Assembly: GCA_963766735.1 (NCBI GenBank)
Contig: CAVYBU010000002.1
Location: 160,001-224,000 of the forward strand
Direction: 5' to 3'
Source: an uncultured Chloroflexia bacterium
Lineage (GTDB): Bacteria > Chloroflexota > Limnocylindria > Limnocylindrales > CSP1-4
DNA length: 64,000 bases
In this document: in pieces, positions 45,102-54,950 of the stretch
How positions within the stretch are numbered: the first letter of the stretch is position 1
Layout: every line of letters begins with the position of its first letter
Made by a program: the position numbers and the translations under genes
The notes under the pieces: model-generated
Databases searched by the model: none
Told to the model about the DNA's origin: nothing
Seen by the model: only the letters and a program-made list of their open reading frames with translations

Positions 45102-45944
45102 ATGACCGGCTCCCCCAGGGTCCGCGCGCTGGACACGGCCCCTCTGATCGACGCGTTCCTCCGCGAGGGTGTCCTGGACGCGGAGCTGGCGGCCCTCGTC
45201 TGGCTCACGCTGGAGGGCGGGATCCCGATCGTCGTGGCCGGCGAGGCCGGCTCCGGACGGAAGGCGCTGCGCGACGCGCTGCGAGAGCTGCTGCCCGCCG
45301 GTGCCCGGACCGTCACGCTGGCCGGCGAGGCGGAGACGTTCGCATGGATGGCCGAGGCGGTGGAGCTTGGCTGGCGCCACGAGGGAGCGTGGGTGCCGGA
45401 GGCCGATACGGAGCGCATCCGCGCCGGAGACGGTGGCGCGCCCGTCGTGCTGATCGCGGACCTCGAGGACGGATCGGCCGCCGCGACCTGGGGCGAGCAT
45501 GCCCGGCTCGTGATCCGCGCTCTCGCGGTGGGGTACGGGCTGGCGGCGACCGCGACCGGCACCAGGCTCGAGGACGTGCTGGGACGCCTGGCGTCGGCGC
45601 CTGTCGGTGCGATCGACGATGAGCTGACCCGGCTGGGCGTCGTCCTGATCCTCGGCCGCGATGCCGATGCGGGGCGGCGCGTCCTTGCTGCGCACTACCT
45701 GCGCCCGGTGGCGCGCGATCTCCACGGGCACATCCAGCGCCTGCCACCCGCCGTGCTGGCGACGTGGGACCCGTCGGCGGGCCGATTCGAGCACTTCGCG
45801 TGGGGCGTGGTGGGGGAGCTGGCTGGCAGAACCGGTCGCCGGCCCGTGGAGTTCGAGCGCGAGCAGGCGGTGCGGGCGCGGGAACTGGCGACCCGCGCGT
45901 CCGATCGCCCTGCTAGCATCCCGCCCGCACCGTCCACGGGGTGA
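45102..45944 (+). CDS. Degenerate VirB11/CpaF-like P-loop ATPase domain protein
   Basis: IVVAGEAGSGRKALRDAL, followed by TVTL and GYGLAAT resembling the secretion-ATPase C-domain. Confidence 0.55.
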   Translation: MTGSPRVRALDTAPLIDAFLREGVLDAELAALVWLTLEGGIPIVVAGEAGSGRKALRDALRELLPAGARTVTLAGEAETFAWMAEAVELGWRHEGAWVPEADTERIRAGDGGAPVVLIADLEDGSAAATWGEHARLVIRALAVGYGLAATATGTRLEDVLGRLASAPVGAIDDELTRLGVVLILGRDADAGRRVLAAHYLRPVARDLHGHIQRLPPAVLATWDPSAGRFEHFAWGVVGELAGRTGRRPVEFEREQAVRARELATRASDRPASIPPAPSTG

Positions 45945-45962
45945 CGGGTCAAGGAGGTTTCG

Positions 45963-46436
45963 GTGGATCTGTTCTACTTCCTGCTGTTCCTGCACGCGCT
46001 GGGCGCGATCGTCGCGTACGGACCGGGCTTCGCCTCGATGGTGGTGGGGCCGATGGTCGCCAAGGAACCGCAGTACGCGAACTTCTACGCGCGCACCCAG
46101 GTGGCCACGGGCCGGGCGATCGTGACGCCGGTCGCGATCAGCATGGCGGTGACCGGTGTCGCGCTCATCGCCGTCAAGGGGTGGAGCAACGTCACTGCGG
46201 GCAAGCACTGGCTGGAGCTGGCGATCCTGCTCTACATCGTCTCCGTCGTGGTCGCGATGGCCGTGCAGGCGCCCGCGGGCCGCAAGCTGGTGGCGCTCAC
46301 GTCTCAGCCGCCCGCACCCGGCGCCGGCCCTTCGCCCGAGATCCGTGCCGCGGCCGGTCGCGTTCGCAAGGGCGGGATGATCCTCTCGGCCCTCGTGGTC
46401 GTCATCGCCTTCCTGATGGTGACCAAGCCCTTCTAG
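45963..46436 (+). CDS. DUF2269-like membrane protein
   Basis: LFLHALGAIVAYGP...VTG...WL...LMVTKPF. Confidence 0.8.
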   Translation: MDLFYFLLFLHALGAIVAYGPGFASMVVGPMVAKEPQYANFYARTQVATGRAIVTPVAISMAVTGVALIAVKGWSNVTAGKHWLELAILLYIVSVVVAMAVQAPAGRKLVALTSQPPAPGAGPSPEIRAAAGRVRKGGMILSALVVVIAFLMVTKPF

Positions 46437-46710
46437 CGGAGTCGCCAGAAGACGTCGGCCTCATCGAGCGACAGCGCCCCTGTGCTCGCCGCCCGGCTGT
46501 CGTCGTAGCCGGTCCATGGGACCCGGACCGGCGGTCCAAGCGGCCCCCGAAGCCGGACCTGCAGCCCGCGACCGGAACGTCGTTCCGACCCTTCGGCTCG
46601 ACGGCCGGCTGCGGCATGCTGGCGGCATCGCCTGACCCCGCCACGCGCTGCGGCTCGCCGTGCTGCCCGCGGATACCATTGCCCTTGACACCCGCAGGAG
46701 ACCCCGCCCG

Positions 46711-48114
46711 ATGCCCCACGTCGCCACGTCGATCCCCGACCTGCTCGCCAACCTCGCCGGGATCGCCCGCATCGATGGCGACGACCTCGTCATCGATGAC
46801 GAGACCCGTTTCCGCTCGCAGGCGGCCGCCGACCTCGCCTGGACCGCGGCTTTCACTGACGACGAGGCCACGGCCGAGGCGGCCCGCTGGATCGTCTGGG
46901 AGGCGAGCCAGGCGCTGGGTGCCCGCTCGGCCAGCATCCAGGACCTCTACATGGCCCGTTCCCGGGGCGAGATTTCCGGGTTCACGGTCCCGGCCGTCAA
47001 CATCCGCGCCCAGACCTTCGACATGGCGCGCACGTTCTACGAGACCGCGGCCCGCGCGGACGTCGGCGCCGTGATCTTCGAGCTGGCCCGCAGCGAGCAG
47101 ACCTACACGTTCCAGCGACCGATGGACTACGCGACGTCGATCCTCGCCGGCGCCATCGCGGCCGGCTGGAAGGCACCCGTCTTCATCCAGGGCGACCATT
47201 ACCAGTTCAACGCGAAGAAGTACGCCGCGGACCCCGAGGCCATGACCGAGGAGATCCGCCGGGCCTGCCGCCTGGCGCTCGAGGCGGGCTACCGCAACAT
47301 CGACATCGACAGCAGCACCCTCGTTGACCTCTCCAAGCCGTCCCTCGACGAGGAGCAGCGGGAGAACTACCTTCGTGCCGCGGAGCTCACCGCGCTGATC
47401 CGCGGTCTCGAGACGGACGGCGTCACCGTCAGCGTCGGCGGCGAGATCGGCGAGGTCGGCAAGGTGAACTCCACCCCCGAGGAGCTCAGGGCGTACCTCG
47501 ACGGCTACACCAGCGAGCTCGAGGCGCGCGCGCCCGGCGCCAGGGGCCTGTCCAAGGTCAGCGTCCAGACCGGAACCAGCCACGGCGGCGTGCCGCTGCC
47601 CGGTGGCGGCGTGGCCGAGGTCAAGCTGGACTTCAACGTCCTGGCCAAGCTGGGCGAGGTCGCCCGGACGTACGGCCTGGCTGGCGCGGTCCAGCATGGC
47701 GCCTCCACGCTGCCCGACGCGCTGTTCCACAGGTTCCCGGAGGTGGAGACGGCCGAGATCCACCTGGCCACGGGCTTCCAGAACGCGCTCTACGAGCACC
47801 CGGCGTTCCCGGCCTCGCTGATGGACGAGATCTACGCGTGGTGCACGGTGAACGCCGCCGACGAGCGCAAGGCCGACCAGACCGAGGACCAGTTCCTGTA
47901 CACGACCCGCAAGAAGGCCATCGGGCCGTTCAAGCGGCAGATCTGGGACCTGGCCACCAAGGACGAGATCCTCGCGTCGCAGGGCGCCAAGATCGGCTAC
48001 CTGTTCGGGCAGCTCAAGGTCGAGGGCTCGATGGCGCTCGTCGAGCGCTACGTCACGCCCGTGCCCGTCGCGCGCCCGATCCCGGCCGCCCTCAAGGCGG
48101 CGGCCTCGGGCTGA
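46711..48114 (+). CDS. Class II fructose-bisphosphate aldolase family protein
   Basis: VPAVN, QGDH, GEIGEVG, GTSHGG, VQHGAS. Confidence 0.9.
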   Translation: MPHVATSIPDLLANLAGIARIDGDDLVIDDETRFRSQAAADLAWTAAFTDDEATAEAARWIVWEASQALGARSASIQDLYMARSRGEISGFTVPAVNIRAQTFDMARTFYETAARADVGAVIFELARSEQTYTFQRPMDYATSILAGAIAAGWKAPVFIQGDHYQFNAKKYAADPEAMTEEIRRACRLALEAGYRNIDIDSSTLVDLSKPSLDEEQRENYLRAAELTALIRGLETDGVTVSVGGEIGEVGKVNSTPEELRAYLDGYTSELEARAPGARGLSKVSVQTGTSHGGVPLPGGGVAEVKLDFNVLAKLGEVARTYGLAGAVQHGASTLPDALFHRFPEVETAEIHLATGFQNALYEHPAFPASLMDEIYAWCTVNAADERKADQTEDQFLYTTRKKAIGPFKRQIWDLATKDEILASQGAKIGYLFGQLKVEGSMALVERYVTPVPVARPIPAALKAAASG

Positions 48115-48115
48115 C

Positions 48116-48691
48116 ATGACGGGCGACCCCGGCGGCGTTCTGGGGACCGGCGGGGCCGGGCCCCTCCCGGTCTCCGTCCGCCTCGAGGCTCCCGGCGACG
48201 AGCCGGGGGTCCGCCGCGTCCACGTGGCCGCCTTCACCGGCCCCGAGGAGGCGGACATCGTGGACCGGATCCGCCGCGAGGCGCCCGCGGGCTGGCAGTC
48301 GCTGGTTGCCGTGGACGCCGACGGCGGGATCGTCGGGCACGTGCTCCTGTCGCCGTGCCCCGTCGAGGGCGAGGAAGGCAAGCGGGTGGGGGAGGTGCTG
48401 GCCCTGGGCCCGATCGCCGTCCTGCCCGAGGTCCAGCTCCGCGGTGTCGGGTCTGCGCTCATGTCGACGGCGATGAGCCTTGCCCTGGCCCGGGCCGTGC
48501 CGGCGATCGTGCTGCTCGGCCACCCCTCCTACTACCCGCGCTTCGGGTTCGGGAGCGCCCGCGACGCGGGCCTGGAGCCGCCGGCTGCCGCCTGGCCGGA
48601 CGCCGCGTGGATGGCCCGCCTGCTGCCCGCCTGGACGGACGCGATGCGCGGAACGGTGCGCTACCCGGAGGCCTTCGAGCCCCTCGCCTGA
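48116..48691 (+). CDS. GNAT acetyltransferase (YhbS-like)
   Basis: LGPIAVLPEVQLRGVG, LLGHPSYYPRFGF. Confidence 0.9.
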   Translation: MTGDPGGVLGTGGAGPLPVSVRLEAPGDEPGVRRVHVAAFTGPEEADIVDRIRREAPAGWQSLVAVDADGGIVGHVLLSPCPVEGEEGKRVGEVLALGPIAVLPEVQLRGVGSALMSTAMSLALARAVPAIVLLGHPSYYPRFGFGSARDAGLEPPAAAWPDAAWMARLLPAWTDAMRGTVRYPEAFEPLA

Positions 48692-48727
48692 CGGACTGCG
48701 CGGGCCGAACGCGGTAGGCTCTCGCGC

Positions 48728-49808
48728 GTGGAACCCCAGTCCGGACCCAGTCCCGATCCGGCCCTGCGCCGACAGCAGCCGGTCAGGCTTGCTGCGGGTG
48801 TCCTGGTCGGCGGGCTGGGCGCGGTGCTCGTGGTCGGAGGCCTGCTGGCCATCGCGAAGCCGTCTGTCGCACCGCCGTCGTCGCCGCCTGCCGCGATGGC
48901 ATCGCCCACGTCACAGTCGGCCTCGTCGTCGCCCTCGGCAGAGGGATCGGGTCCGGTCACCGCGCCGCCGTCCGCGTCCGCGTCCGGCCTCATCGCCGAC
49001 CCCATCCGGCGACCCGGTGCTCGTTGGTGCCGGGGACATCGCGCGCTGCGATTCCGACGCCGACGAGGCCACCGCTTCCCTGGTCGACGCGACCCCGGGG
49101 ATCGTCTTCACGCTGGGCGACACCGCCTACGACAGCGGCTCTGAGGCGGAGCTGCGCGACTGCTATGGACCCACCTGGGGTCGCTTCCGCGACCGCACCC
49201 GGTTCGTGGCGACGGGCAACCACGACATCAGGACCGATGGCGGCGCCCCGCTGCGGGCGTACTTCGGTGACGCGGCCACCCGCAACGGCGTCACCTGGTT
49301 CAGCGAGGACGTCGGCACGTGGCACGTCATCGTGCTGGACTCCAACTGCGGTTCGCTGGACGGGGGCTGCGGTTCCGAGTCTGCCCAGCTCCGGTGGCTC
49401 AGGGATGACCTGGCGGCCAGCGACGCGCGGTGCACGGTGGCGCTCTGGCACCATCCGCGGTTCAGCAGCGGCACGCACGGCAACGACAAGGCCGTGGCGC
49501 CGTTCTGGGATGCCCTGTATGCCGCCGGCGCGGACCTGGTGCTCAACGGCCACGACCACGACTACGAGCGGTTCGCACCCCAGGATCCCGAGGGTCGCCA
49601 GGACCGCGAGCGCGGGCTCACCGAGGTGGTGGTGGGGACTGGAGGCGGCCCGCTCCGGGAATTCGCCGCGTTTGCGGACAATGCCGTGGTGCGCTCCAGC
49701 GTCGCCTACGGCGTGCTCGCCCTGACCCTCCAGCCGAGCGGGTGGCAATTCCGGTTCGCGTCCACCGATGGCTCGTTCAGCGACCAGGGGAGCGGCGCCT
49801 GCCATTGA
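48728..49808 (+). CDS. Membrane-anchored metallophosphoesterase, +1 frameshift near 48986
   Basis: TM in one frame; GAGDI, LGD, GNHD, WHHP, GHDH in the next frame. Confidence 0.85.
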
Positions 49809-49853
49809 AGGGAGCGGCCACCGCGCTCATCGTCCGGCTGGCATCATCAGCCC

Positions 49854-50693
49854 ATGACATCAACCACCTTCGGGCCCGCCTGGTCCGCATCGCTCGCCCG
49901 CGTCCCGGAAGAGACCTTGCGCGAGTGGCTCGCGTTCGCCCTCGAGGCCTGCGACGCCGCCGACGAGATCGCGCGACGGCACTTCCGGCGCGACCTGGAC
50001 CTCGAGCGCAAGCCGGATCGAACCTTCGTGACCGTCGCGGACCAGGGCATCGAGCGGGAGATCCGATCACGGATCCTGGCCCGCTACCCGGATCACGGCC
50101 TGGTGGGCGAGGAGTACGGCACCGAGGCAGGCGACGCCGTGACGCGCTGGTTCATCGACCCGATCGACGGGACGCACAACTTCATCCGGGGCGTGCCGCT
50201 GTTCGGGACGCTGCTCGGCGTGGAGCACGAGGGCGAGCTCCAGGTGGGAGTGATCTCCGCGCCGGCGATGCGCGAGCGGTGGTACGCCTATCGGGGCGGT
50301 GGCGCCTGGAGCGTCGGCCCGGACGGCGAGCGACGGATCCGCGTCTCGCGGGTGGCGGCGCTCGAGGATGCGCAGCTCCTGTACGGCAGCCGGACCGAGA
50401 CCGTGGCGTCGGGGTACATGCCGGGGTTCGACGCGACCGTCGCCGCCGCCTGGCGGGAGCGTGGATTCGGTGATTTCTGGGGCTACGCACTGGTCGCGGA
50501 GGGCGCCGCTGAGGCGATGTTCGAGACCGGCATGAGCACCTGGGACCTGGCCGGGCCGCTGGTCGTGATCGAGGAGGCGGGCGGCCGTGTCACGGACGTG
50601 TTCGGGGAGCGGCGGATCGACGCCCCGTCGTTCGTGGGGTCAAACGGGCTCCTGCACGAGGAGCTGCTCCGCCGGCTGCGTGCCGAGGACTGA
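49854..50693 (+). CDS. hisN: Inositol-monophosphatase-family enzyme, probable histidinol-phosphatase
   Basis: VTVAD, GEE, WFIDPIDGT, RGFGDFW, WDLA. Confidence 0.75.
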   Translation: MTSTTFGPAWSASLARVPEETLREWLAFALEACDAADEIARRHFRRDLDLERKPDRTFVTVADQGIEREIRSRILARYPDHGLVGEEYGTEAGDAVTRWFIDPIDGTHNFIRGVPLFGTLLGVEHEGELQVGVISAPAMRERWYAYRGGGAWSVGPDGERRIRVSRVAALEDAQLLYGSRTETVASGYMPGFDATVAAAWRERGFGDFWGYALVAEGAAEAMFETGMSTWDLAGPLVVIEEAGGRVTDVFGERRIDAPSFVGSNGLLHEELLRRLRAED

Positions 50694-50764
50694 GTGCAGT
50701 TCGAACGGGAGGCTGAACGGTGCCCGGGCTGGGCACCGCGGCGGGGTGCCCGTGGAGCGGCTGA

Positions 50765-51451
50765 CTAGCCTTCGGCAGCGTCGGTGGTCGCACTCTCGTC
50801 GCGATCGTCGCGATCGTCGCGATCCCGCCGGGCCAGCGCAATCTCGATCCCGGCCACCACGATCCCGCCGGCCAGGCCCACGAGCGGGTCCACCAGCACG
50901 GCCCCCACCACGAACACCATCGCCCCCACCACGATCGCTCCCACGACCATCGCGATCCGGCGCCCCGGCGTGTCCCGGAAGCCGGGAGGCGGCGGCTCGA
51001 CGGCGTGGGCCAGCGCACCCTCGGATGCCTCCCCGCCCGATAGCCCCACGACGTGGCCGGCATCGAGCTCCAGGGCATCCACGACGGACCGGTCCACGAG
51101 GTCCGCGACCACCGCCGCCGCGGCGGCGTCTGCCAGCGCCTCCACGATCGCCACCCGGTCGCCGATGGTCCCCTGGGACAGCCCCCAGTTCAAGCCGACC
51201 CAGGTGGGGTGGAGCGATCCGTCCGAGTAGCGGCGCATGACCAGCTCGGCCGCCTGGCTCCGAGCCTCGCCCAGCAGGACGGAGCGGTCCGCGTGACGCG
51301 CTGCGGCCTCGACCGTTGTCAGGAGCTCCGCTCGCGCCGGCCCGTCTTCCCGGCTCAGGCCGATGTGACTCAGCTCGTCCGGGGTCAGGCCGTTGAACGT
51401 CGCGAACAGCGCCTCCAGCCGGGCGCGTGCTGCTGCCTCGCCGTCCGTCAT
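50765..51451 (-). CDS. Hypothetical protein with two C-terminal TMs
   Basis: GAGG SD, GC3 bias, hydrophobic hairpin. Confidence 0.6.
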   Translation of the reverse strand: MTDGEAAARARLEALFATFNGLTPDELSHIGLSREDGPARAELLTTVEAAARHADRSVLLGEARSQAAELVMRRYSDGSLHPTWVGLNWGLSQGTIGDRVAIVEALADAAAAAVVADLVDRSVVDALELDAGHVVGLSGGEASEGALAHAVEPPPPGFRDTPGRRIAMVVGAIVVGAMVFVVGAVLVDPLVGLAGGIVVAGIEIALARRDRDDRDDRDESATTDAAEG

Positions 51452-51465
51452 CGCGTCGTCACCTC

Positions 51466-51519
51466 GCCCGAACGGTGCGCCCATGCGCCCGTTGCCCGAA
51501 CGGTGCGCCTATGCGCCCG
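51466..51519. repeat. 26-bp direct repeat x2 (28-bp period) overlapping the aminotransferase stop
   Basis: GCCCGAACGGTGCGCCYATGCGCCCG. Confidence 0.85.
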
Positions 51520-52837
51520 CGGCGTCCAGTGCCTCCGCGATGATCCCGAGGGCCAGGTCGACCTCTTCGGCGGTCGTGACCAGCGGCGGGATGATCCGAA
51601 TCACGTTGACGAAGGTGCCGGCCGTGAGGAGCAGGAGACCGCGATCGAAGCACGCCGCCTGGACGCGCTTGGTCAGCGCGGCATCCGGGACGCGCCCGTC
51701 GCCGCCGGCCGGCCGCACGAACTCGAGCGCCACCATGAGACCCAGGCCCCGCACGTCACCGACCGTCGCCCGCCCGGCCGTGATCCCGCGCAGCCCCTCC
51801 AGGAGCTGGGCACCACGCTGCCGGGCGTTCTCGATCAGACCCTCTTGCTCGATGACGTCCAGGGTGGCCATCGCGGCGGCGCAGGCCACGGCGTTGCCGC
51901 CGTAGGTGCCGCCGTGGGAACCGGGCGACAGCCGGTCCATGATCTCGGTGCGGGCCAGGATCCCGGACAGCGGCATCCCCGAGGCGATGCCCTTGGCCAT
52001 GACCAGGATGTCCGGCTCCACGTCCCAGTGGCGCACCGCGAACAGCTCGCCGGTGCGGCCGAAGCCCGTCTGGACCTCGTCCGCGATGAGCAGGATGCCG
52101 TGCTGCCGGGTGATCTCGCGCAGGCGTGGCAGGAACCCGGGCGGCGGCACGATGTACCCGCCCTCGCCGATCACCGGCTCAACGATGATCGCGGCCACCT
52201 TGTCGGGGTAGACGAGCTGGTGGAACAGCAGGTCCAGCTGCGCCTCCCAGTCGCAGGTGCAGTCGGCGGGATCGTGGGGACCGCCTGAGGCCCGATAGCA
52301 GTACGGGTAGGAGGCGTGGTAGATGGACCCGGGGAGCGGCTCGAAGGCGCCGCGGTAGACGTCCTTGGCGGCCGTGAGCGCCATCGTCTGCGCTGTGCGG
52401 CCGTGGAAGCCGTACCGGAACGCGATGATCGCCGGGCGACCGGTGGCGACCCGGGCCAGCTTGACGGCAGCCTCCACGGCCTCCGCCCCGGAGTTGGCGA
52501 GGAACGCGCTCCACGGGCCGCCGGGGAGGAGCCGTGACAGCCGCTCGTACAGGCGGAGCCCGGGCTCGTGGTAGACGATGTTCTGCTGGCCGTGGAGCAG
52601 CTTCGCCGCCTGTGCCTGGACGGCGGCCACGACGCGCGGGTGGGCGTGACCAGTGTTGGTCACGCCGATGCCCGAGGTGTAGTCGAGGTACCGGTCGCCG
52701 TCCGGCGTCACCAGCCACGAGCCCTCACCGTGGTCCACCACCAGGTTCGTGATCCGGCCCCAGACGGGCGGCACCACGGAGCGATCGGGGAGGGGGGCGG
52801 CCTCGCCGTCCGGCGCGGCGGGGGTGGGGTCACTCAC
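51509..52837 (-). CDS. Class III aminotransferase, 4-aminobutyrate aminotransferase (GabT)-like
   Basis: YLDYTSGIGV, NSGAEAVE, FHGRT, IADEVQTGFGRTG, MAKGIASG, GGTYGGN. Confidence 0.9.
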   Translation of the reverse strand: MSDPTPAAPDGEAAPLPDRSVVPPVWGRITNLVVDHGEGSWLVTPDGDRYLDYTSGIGVTNTGHAHPRVVAAVQAQAAKLLHGQQNIVYHEPGLRLYERLSRLLPGGPWSAFLANSGAEAVEAAVKLARVATGRPAIIAFRYGFHGRTAQTMALTAAKDVYRGAFEPLPGSIYHASYPYCYRASGGPHDPADCTCDWEAQLDLLFHQLVYPDKVAAIIVEPVIGEGGYIVPPPGFLPRLREITRQHGILLIADEVQTGFGRTGELFAVRHWDVEPDILVMAKGIASGMPLSGILARTEIMDRLSPGSHGGTYGGNAVACAAAMATLDVIEQEGLIENARQRGAQLLEGLRGITAGRATVGDVRGLGLMVALEFVRPAGGDGRVPDAALTKRVQAACFDRGLLLLTAGTFVNVIRIIPPLVTTAEEVDLALGIIAEALDAAGA

Positions 52838-53816
52838 CAGGGGCCTCCTCGGGCACGGGGGCGCGGCGCTGGCCGCGAGCCGACATCACGCTGGACAGGA
52901 GCACGATCCCCACGGCGATCAGGAACATTGCGGTCCCGATGACGTGGACCTGGGGCGGCAGGTTGTTGCGGATCGTGCCCCACACCCAGACCGGGAACGT
53001 GTTGACCATGCCCGACACGAAGTTGGTGACGATGAAGTCGTCGATCGAGAGAGCGAAGACCAGCAGCGCGGCTGCCATGATGCCGGGCCGGATCAGTGGG
53101 AAGGTGACCTTCCAGAACGTGACCCACTCGTTGGCGAAGAGGTCCATCGCGGCTTCCTCGAGGTTCCGGTCATACCCCCGGATGCGCGCGCGCACCGTCA
53201 CCACCACGAAGCTGATGCCGAACACGATGTGCCCGATGAGGATCGTGTTGAACCCGAGCGGATAGAACAGGCCCGCAGGAATGATGCTCTTGAATGGCTC
53301 CTGCGACGCAGAGGCGACGAACAGGGAGAGGAGCGCGGCCCCCAGGACGATCTCGGGCGTTGCCATCGGGATCAGGATGAACAGGTTCGTCGCGCCCTGG
53401 CCGCGGAACTGGTAGCGCACGAGGGCGAGCGCGATGAGGGTGCCGAGAGCGGTCGTGATGATGGTGGCGATGGCGGCCACGAGGATCGAGGTCCAGAGCG
53501 CATCCGCCAGCCCGGGCCGGTTGAGCGGTGTCGCCCAGGCATCCAGCGAGAACTGGTTCCAGACGAAGTTGAACTTGCCCTGGGGCTTGTTGAACGAGAA
53601 CAGGATCATCACCGCGATGGGCACCATCAGGTAGGTGATGGCGACGCCGGCGAACAGCGGCAATGCCCAGCGGTCCACGGCCCGGCGGAAGCGCTGCCCC
53701 GGCGTGGCCTTGCGCGCCGCAGTGGAGCGCGGGTAGGCATCCGGGACCGGTCCGTTCTCGCCCGGGGCGAGGTTGGATCCCTGGTCCGGGCCGGTGAGGG
53801 TCAGATCGTCGCTCAT
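52830..53816 (-). CDS. potC: Polyamine ABC transporter permease
   Basis: LFSFN, PEIVLG, LEEAAMDL, FALSIDDFIVT. Confidence 0.85.
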   Translation of the reverse strand: MSDDLTLTGPDQGSNLAPGENGPVPDAYPRSTAARKATPGQRFRRAVDRWALPLFAGVAITYLMVPIAVMILFSFNKPQGKFNFVWNQFSLDAWATPLNRPGLADALWTSILVAAIATIITTALGTLIALALVRYQFRGQGATNLFILIPMATPEIVLGAALLSLFVASASQEPFKSIIPAGLFYPLGFNTILIGHIVFGISFVVVTVRARIRGYDRNLEEAAMDLFANEWVTFWKVTFPLIRPGIMAAALLVFALSIDDFIVTNFVSGMVNTFPVWVWGTIRNNLPPQVHVIGTAMFLIAVGIVLLSSVMSARGQRRAPVPEEAPGE

Positions 53817-54868
53817 GCGATGCCCGAGCTCAGCTCTTCGGTCCCGAGCGCCCGTGCGTAGGCGAGGATCGCGACCAGGATTGCGGCCATCAGGACGAAG
53901 GCCAACGCCGCGGCGGTCGGATAGTCGTTCTGGAGGAGGAAGCGGCCCTGGATGACGTTGCCGATCATCTGCGTCTTCGGGCTGCCCAGGAGATGGGCGT
54001 TCACGTAGTCACCGATCGCCGGGATGAAGACGAGGATGGAACCGGCGAAGACGCCCGGCATTGACAGCGGCAGCGTCACCCGCAGGAAGGCCTGGTTGAT
54101 CATCGACATGCCGACCAGACCTCCGGCGACCGCGCCCAGGATGGCCGCGAATGCCACGGTCCCGGGCGTGGCGTCATCGCCGACCAGCCCGCCGTACCCC
54201 AGGCCGATCTGCAGCGCAACGAGGAGCAACGCGCCCATGATCGCCCCGGTGATCGCGCCGCCCTTGCGCCAGGGACCCGCGAACAGATCCTGCGCGGCCT
54301 CGATGAGACGGCGGTCCACCTTCTCGAGCGAGACGTAGAGCGGTAGCACCATGAACGGGAGGAACTCGTAGGTGAGCCCACCGACCACCGCCAGTGGCGT
54401 CCCGATCACGCTGAAGTTGGCCGGGACCAGGTGGAGGAGGTCCCGGATGACCCACAGGAACGGCCCATCGTTGCCCAGGATGATGCGCCATGAGATTGTC
54501 CGGATCAGGAAGCTCGTGAAGAACGGTGCGATGACCAGGAACAGGAACAGGTTCTTGAAGCGGCCCCCGCGGAAGGCGATTGCATAGGCCAGCGGGTAGC
54601 CGATCAGGAAGCAGATGATCGTGGCCAGTCCGCCGTACACGATCGAGTTGGCGAAGTTCGAGGAGTACCGGTTGATGCTGTCCCAGAAGTTGCCGAACGC
54701 CCAGACCTCGGGCGGGCTCACGAAGCCCGTCAGGAGCGTCCCCGTCGACAGGGCGTAGACGACCATCTGGACGTTCGGGACGATGAAGAAGAACAGCAGC
54801 CAGAGGAGGCCGGGCAGCATCAACAGGTAGGGAACGGCGCCCCGGTACCGGTGGATCAGCTTGCCCAC
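53813..54868 (-). CDS. potB: Polyamine ABC transporter permease
   Basis: IGYPLAY, PFFTSFLIRT, LPFMVLPLY, VFIPAIGDY. Confidence 0.85.
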   Translation of the reverse strand: MGKLIHRYRGAVPYLLMLPGLLWLLFFFIVPNVQMVVYALSTGTLLTGFVSPPEVWAFGNFWDSINRYSSNFANSIVYGGLATIICFLIGYPLAYAIAFRGGRFKNLFLFLVIAPFFTSFLIRTISWRIILGNDGPFLWVIRDLLHLVPANFSVIGTPLAVVGGLTYEFLPFMVLPLYVSLEKVDRRLIEAAQDLFAGPWRKGGAITGAIMGALLLVALQIGLGYGGLVGDDATPGTVAFAAILGAVAGGLVGMSMINQAFLRVTLPLSMPGVFAGSILVFIPAIGDYVNAHLLGSPKTQMIGNVIQGRFLLQNDYPTAAALAFVLMAAILVAILAYARALGTEELSSGIA

Positions 54869-54950
54869 GTGCGGGATGCTCCTTGCTGGCGGCGGGTCGT
54901 GACGGACCGGCGATGCCGGTCCGTCAGCCGTATCTGTTTGCGGGTTTGGC

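Noticed and set aside
2094-48987. Programmed ribosomal frameshifting at the +1 sites
   Set aside because: No common slippery sequence or stimulator, and these gene families are not known to be recoded
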